DNA from: Andalucia godoyi And28
Taxonomy: Eukaryota; Protista; Jakobida
Assembly: GCA_009859145.1 (NCBI GenBank)
Contig: VRVR01000046.1
Coordinates: forward strand, 124,001 to 188,000
DNA: 64,000 nt
Reading direction: 5' to 3'
Position 1 is the first letter of the stretch; each line of letters begins with the position of its first letter. Below, in pieces: positions 60,573 to 64,000 of this stretch. The notes under the pieces were generated by a model. It was not told the origin of the DNA. It saw only the letters and a program-made list of their open reading frames with translations, and searched no databases. A program made the translations under genes and the position numbers.

Positions 60573-60989
60573 ACCCTTCTTCCTCTTCCTCTTCCTCTTC
60601 CAATGATTCGCGGCTCACTAATCACATCCACACGATTCTTTTTGTTTCGTTCCCCCAATCATCCCATTGAGTGAAAGACAATGTAGTGTACAAGGGAGAT
60701 GGAAGCCTCTCCCAAAGCCTGAGGTCTACGGCAGCTGAGCATCAATTCAGAAAAAAAAAGAAAGCCGAGTATCGACTGTAGTCGTCGCGAATTTTTTTTC
60801 GTCTTTCGACTCCATTCTCTTTCTCCTTCTCTCTCTCCTTCTCCCTCTCTCTCTCTCTCTTTCATTCATTTACTCTTTGTCTCATTTTTTTCTTCTTTAT
60901 TCAAAAGACTTTTCTTAATTTTTTTTCCTTCCTCTACTTGACAGTTCGCACAGACAAGGGAGAAAAAGAGAAAAGAGAGAAAAGAGAGG

Positions 60990-61052
<63 letters not shown>
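60990..61052. repeat. (GAAA)n/(GA)n microsatellite
   Basis: Seen directly, just before the eIF4B ATG. Confidence 0.9.
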
Positions 61053-61056
61053 AAAG

Positions 61057-62550
61057 ATGGGAAAGAAAGACAAGGGCCAGAAGCTTTCTTTGCAGGCGTT
61101 TTTTGCAGCGTCGGACACGTCTGAGAACTGGGCGGCGGAGGATGAGACTGTGGAGAGCAGCGGGACGGGGGCTAGGTCCTCGTCGTTTGTTCCTGCGATG
61201 GCGACGACGACGACGACGACACAGTCCTCTGGGACATACTCTATTCCGGCGTCTGCGACTACGGCCACTGCCGAGGATGGTTCCCGGGAGCAGGGACAAG
61301 GACAGGGGTATCGAGATGGCAGCAGGGACAAGGCGTATGGGCAGCCGCTCGGTGCGTCTGCATGGCGCACTCGCAGAGCGGACGATGTCCAGGAGTCTGC
61401 TCCGGGATCCGCGGTGGCTGAGGATGGGCAGCAGCAGGGATCGTCGTCGGCGTATCGCCCGCGCCGCCCAAACTACCAGGATCGTCCCGAACGCGAGAAC
61501 AATCCGGGTTATCGCAGCAGCCGTGAATACAACAATGGCCAGGGACAGTTTCAGGGCCACGGACAGTTTCAGGGCCAGGGACAGTTTCAGGGCGAGGAGG
61601 AACGCGCACCGATTGTGCTTCCGGACAAGCCACCCTACATCGCACGACTTGCGAACCTTGATGATCGTGTGGATGAGGACGACTTGCGGTTTTTCCTGAG
61701 AGACTTTTCGCAGGTTTTGGATTCACTGCGGATTGTGGAAACGGGAGGAAAGGACAGGGAGAGAGATCCGACGAGGCCTGTGCGCAAGGTTGCGTTTGCA
61801 GAGTTCTCGACAGTTGACGATCTCAAGAATGCAGTTGCACTCGATGGACGAGCGCTTCGGTCAAGAAACGTCCGTGTGTCAGTGGCCGAGCCGCGCAAGA
61901 CCCCGGTTCTTGAAGAGCGAAAGGATCTCGAACGAGACTTTTCCATCCGTCCTCGATTCAATTTTGCAAAATCGACGGCGCCCGGTTCTGCTGCACCGTC
62001 CACCACTGCCGCCACCACCACTGCTGCTGCAGATGCAGATGCAGGTGCAGGTGCAGCAGAGGCGAAGACCAGCAAGGTGAACCCGTTTGGAGATGCAAAG
62101 CCTGTGGATCGTCCGTATGTTGCCCCGGCTCCATCGCGCAACGAGGCAAAGAAGGAGGTCGAGCGCGTGGAAGCGCGTGGCCGCACCGAGGAGAAGGCGC
62201 GGGAAGAGTCGAAGCGTGTCGAGCGTTCTGAAAAGGAGCGCGAAAATGAACGCGATCGACGTGTCCAGGACAGACGGCGCACGGATGGAGAGCGCCGAAA
62301 GGCACGGTCCGAGAAAGAAACTTCACGCGATGGCGATGAAGACGGATTTGTGGTCGCTGGGGCGTCCGGAGCAGCTGCTTCGGACCGCAACTCTGGGTCA
62401 TGGAGAAAACAGCAACAGGGCAAGTCCGGCTCCGCTGCCGCTGGTGGTGCAGCTCCGGCTCCTGCCCCCGCTCCTGCCCCCGCCCCAGTGGCGGCCCCAG
62501 CGGAACGCAAGATTGTCAACAAGTTTGCCGTCTTGTCGACTGATGACTAG
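61057..62550 (+). CDS. EIF4B: Translation initiation factor eIF4B-like RRM protein
   Basis: KLSLQAFF..NWAAE, LPDKPPYIARLANL (RRM start), AFAEFSTVDDLKNAVALDG..RNVRVSVAEP, KVNPFGDAKPVD, terminal NKFAVL. Confidence 0.8.
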   Translation: MGKKDKGQKLSLQAFFAASDTSENWAAEDETVESSGTGARSSSFVPAMATTTTTTQSSGTYSIPASATTATAEDGSREQGQGQGYRDGSRDKAYGQPLGASAWRTRRADDVQESAPGSAVAEDGQQQGSSSAYRPRRPNYQDRPERENNPGYRSSREYNNGQGQFQGHGQFQGQGQFQGEEERAPIVLPDKPPYIARLANLDDRVDEDDLRFFLRDFSQVLDSLRIVETGGKDRERDPTRPVRKVAFAEFSTVDDLKNAVALDGRALRSRNVRVSVAEPRKTPVLEERKDLERDFSIRPRFNFAKSTAPGSAAPSTTAATTTAAADADAGAGAAEAKTSKVNPFGDAKPVDRPYVAPAPSRNEAKKEVERVEARGRTEEKAREESKRVERSEKERENERDRRVQDRRRTDGERRKARSEKETSRDGDEDGFVVAGASGAAASDRNSGSWRKQQQGKSGSAAAGGAAPAPAPAPAPAPVAAPAERKIVNKFAVLSTDD

Positions 62551-62599
62551 TATCGCGAGTTTTGTTGTTTTGCTGTCAGTCTTTTGGTTCCGTATTTGT

Positions 62600-62660
62600 G
62601 AATGTGTGAGTGTGAGTGTGAGTGTGAGTGCGAGTGCGAGTGCGAGTGCGAGTGTGTGTG
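62600..62660. repeat. (GTGAGT)/(GCGAGT) microsatellite
   Basis: Seen directly in the eIF4B 3' spacer. Confidence 0.85.
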
Positions 62661-63041
62661 CTCTGAAGTGTGTGCGTGTGCGCGCTTCTCTTTGGAAAGG
62701 AAAATGTTGCAAGACTCTTAAAAAAATAAATAAATAAAAACCACAAAATAAATAATAATAATAATAGTATTAAAAAAGACGTCGGAAGCGACTAATTTCT
62801 AATTTCATAGAGTACAATTGCAAACACCAGCACACAAGAACAAGAAGAAGAAGAACAAGAACAAGGAGAAGAAGAACAAGGAGAAGGAGAAGGAGGGAAA
62901 TAAAGAAGGAAGATACAATGAAAATTACAATAGCAACGACGATACCGACGGCGACGACGACACGGACACGGACACGGACGCGGACGCGGACGCGGACGGC
63001 AAGAAAACGAAGTGCCTTGTTAACACACGGGTCCGGGTAGA

Positions 63042-63551
63042 TTACTGGAGAACACAGCACTTTCCACTCTTCCCCTTGTGTCGAGGCTTGTAGGACTCGA
63101 GGAATCTCATTTGTTTCGAGTTGATGGCGCCTCTCCGACGTTCTCTGATGAAGGTGATAGCGTCGAGTGGTTCCATTCCAGCCTCGATGAGGGCGATAGC
63201 GACGAGGACTGGGGCTCTTCCCAATCCTGCGACACAGTGGACTGCAATTGTTCTTCCTGGATCGTTGACCCGTTCAGCATGTTCTGCAATCACGAGCGAG
63301 AGCCAATCATCCACAATCTTTGCCGGCGGTGCGTCTCCGTCCTGGAACGGCCAGTAGTGCACCGCAATGCCTTCGTCTGCAACCTTTCCGTACGTGTACG
63401 TGCAGTCGCACACAATGCACAAGTGCGTTACGTGATGCGCCTTCATTTCCTTGATGTACATTGCAAGATTTGTGTTCGATGGCGCGTCAAAAATAAGAAA
63501 CCGGTGTCCATGCGTTTCAATTACGCTCGGCTTGTTCGGAAGCGCACTCAT
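63042..63551 (-). CDS. PTP4A: Prenylated protein tyrosine phosphatase PRL/PTP4A
   Basis: RFLIFDAPSN, VCDCTY, WPFQDGDAPP, HCVAGLGRAP, AITFIRERRRGAINSKQ, C-terminal CAAX (CCVLQ). True start at MSALPNKP. Confidence 0.95.
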   Translation of the reverse strand: MSALPNKPSVIETHGHRFLIFDAPSNTNLAMYIKEMKAHHVTHLCIVCDCTYTYGKVADEGIAVHYWPFQDGDAPPAKIVDDWLSLVIAEHAERVNDPGRTIAVHCVAGLGRAPVLVAIALIEAGMEPLDAITFIRERRRGAINSKQMRFLESYKPRHKGKSGKCCVLQ

Positions 63552-63595
63552 CACAACGACAACAATGATGACGATTGCTCGACGATTGCTCGACC

Positions 63596-63698
63596 ACACA
63601 CACGCACACACGCACACACGCACACACGCACACACGCACACACGCACACACGCACACACGCACACACGCACACACGCACACACGCACTCACGCACGCA
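63596..63698. repeat. Compound (CACG/CACA)n microsatellite
   Basis: Seen directly upstream of PTP4A. Confidence 0.9.
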
Positions 63699-64000
63699 GA
63701 GCTTTGTCAATAAAGAGACAAAAAATATGATCAAGGCATAGGAAACGAGGAATTGAAAAGCAGCAGGAAGATCGAAATGATTTCAATTCCTCCTCTTTTC
63801 TTCTTCTTTTTCAATACCTTGTAGAAAATTAAAAAAAGAAGAAACAAGGAATTTCTTAATTTAAAAATAAAAAATAAAATTATTTAAATTAAAAAGAAAA
63901 AGAAAAAGGAAAGGAAAAAAAAAATGGTTTTGAAAAAAAAAAGCAAAAAAAAAAAAAACGCGTAGAAAAATAACAAACGAATAAAACGAAGCAAAAGAGA

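Noticed and set aside
61635-62522. 295-aa minus-strand ORF
   Set aside because: Antisense shadow of eIF4B.
62818-63093. Lys/Asp-rich + strand ORF
   Set aside because: Translation of simple repeats in convergent 3' UTRs.
63552-63734. CVRVCVCA repeats N-terminal to PTP4A
   Set aside because: Microsatellite upstream of the true ATG at 63551.

Overview
Gene-dense eukaryotic (protist-like) nuclear DNA in the standard genetic code, with about 37 apparently intronless protein-coding genes separated by short AT-rich, microsatellite-rich spacers. Recognisable genes, left to right: Ku70 (partial, runs off the left edge), HUS1, ARP8, eIF2B-epsilon, a secreted thioredoxin-fold protein, adenylate kinase, eIF3d, a PRCC-like protein, SNAPIN, a MED11-like protein, SWI3/SMARCC, a G-patch protein, a consortin-like TPR protein, a SKP1-like protein, a TBC Rab-GAP, a degenerate MoxR-type AAA+ protein, TANGO6/Rtp1, aminopeptidase P, a type-B carboxylesterase, Kae1/OSGEP, a cyclin-like protein, MTAP, ALG3, mitoribosomal mL49, a bacterial-type RhlE DEAD-box helicase, DYRK1, ELF1, eIF4B and PRL/PTP4A. 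Several large orphan ORFs lie among them. I saw no tRNA, rRNA or CRISPR array. The two unusually long gene-free intervals (about 10.6-12.0 kb and 22.1-24.9 kb) each contain a relic of a Fanzor/TnpB RNA-guided nuclease, which the ORF track obscures. One is a Fanzor2-like element whose N-terminal HTH/WED motif is joined by an internal deletion directly to the C-terminal zinc ribbon (EEYTSKTCGLCG..LGGSKVFAC). The other is a separate Fanzor1-like fragment (DEFRTTKCCNDC). All protein identifications come from motif recognition by eye; no database search was run.
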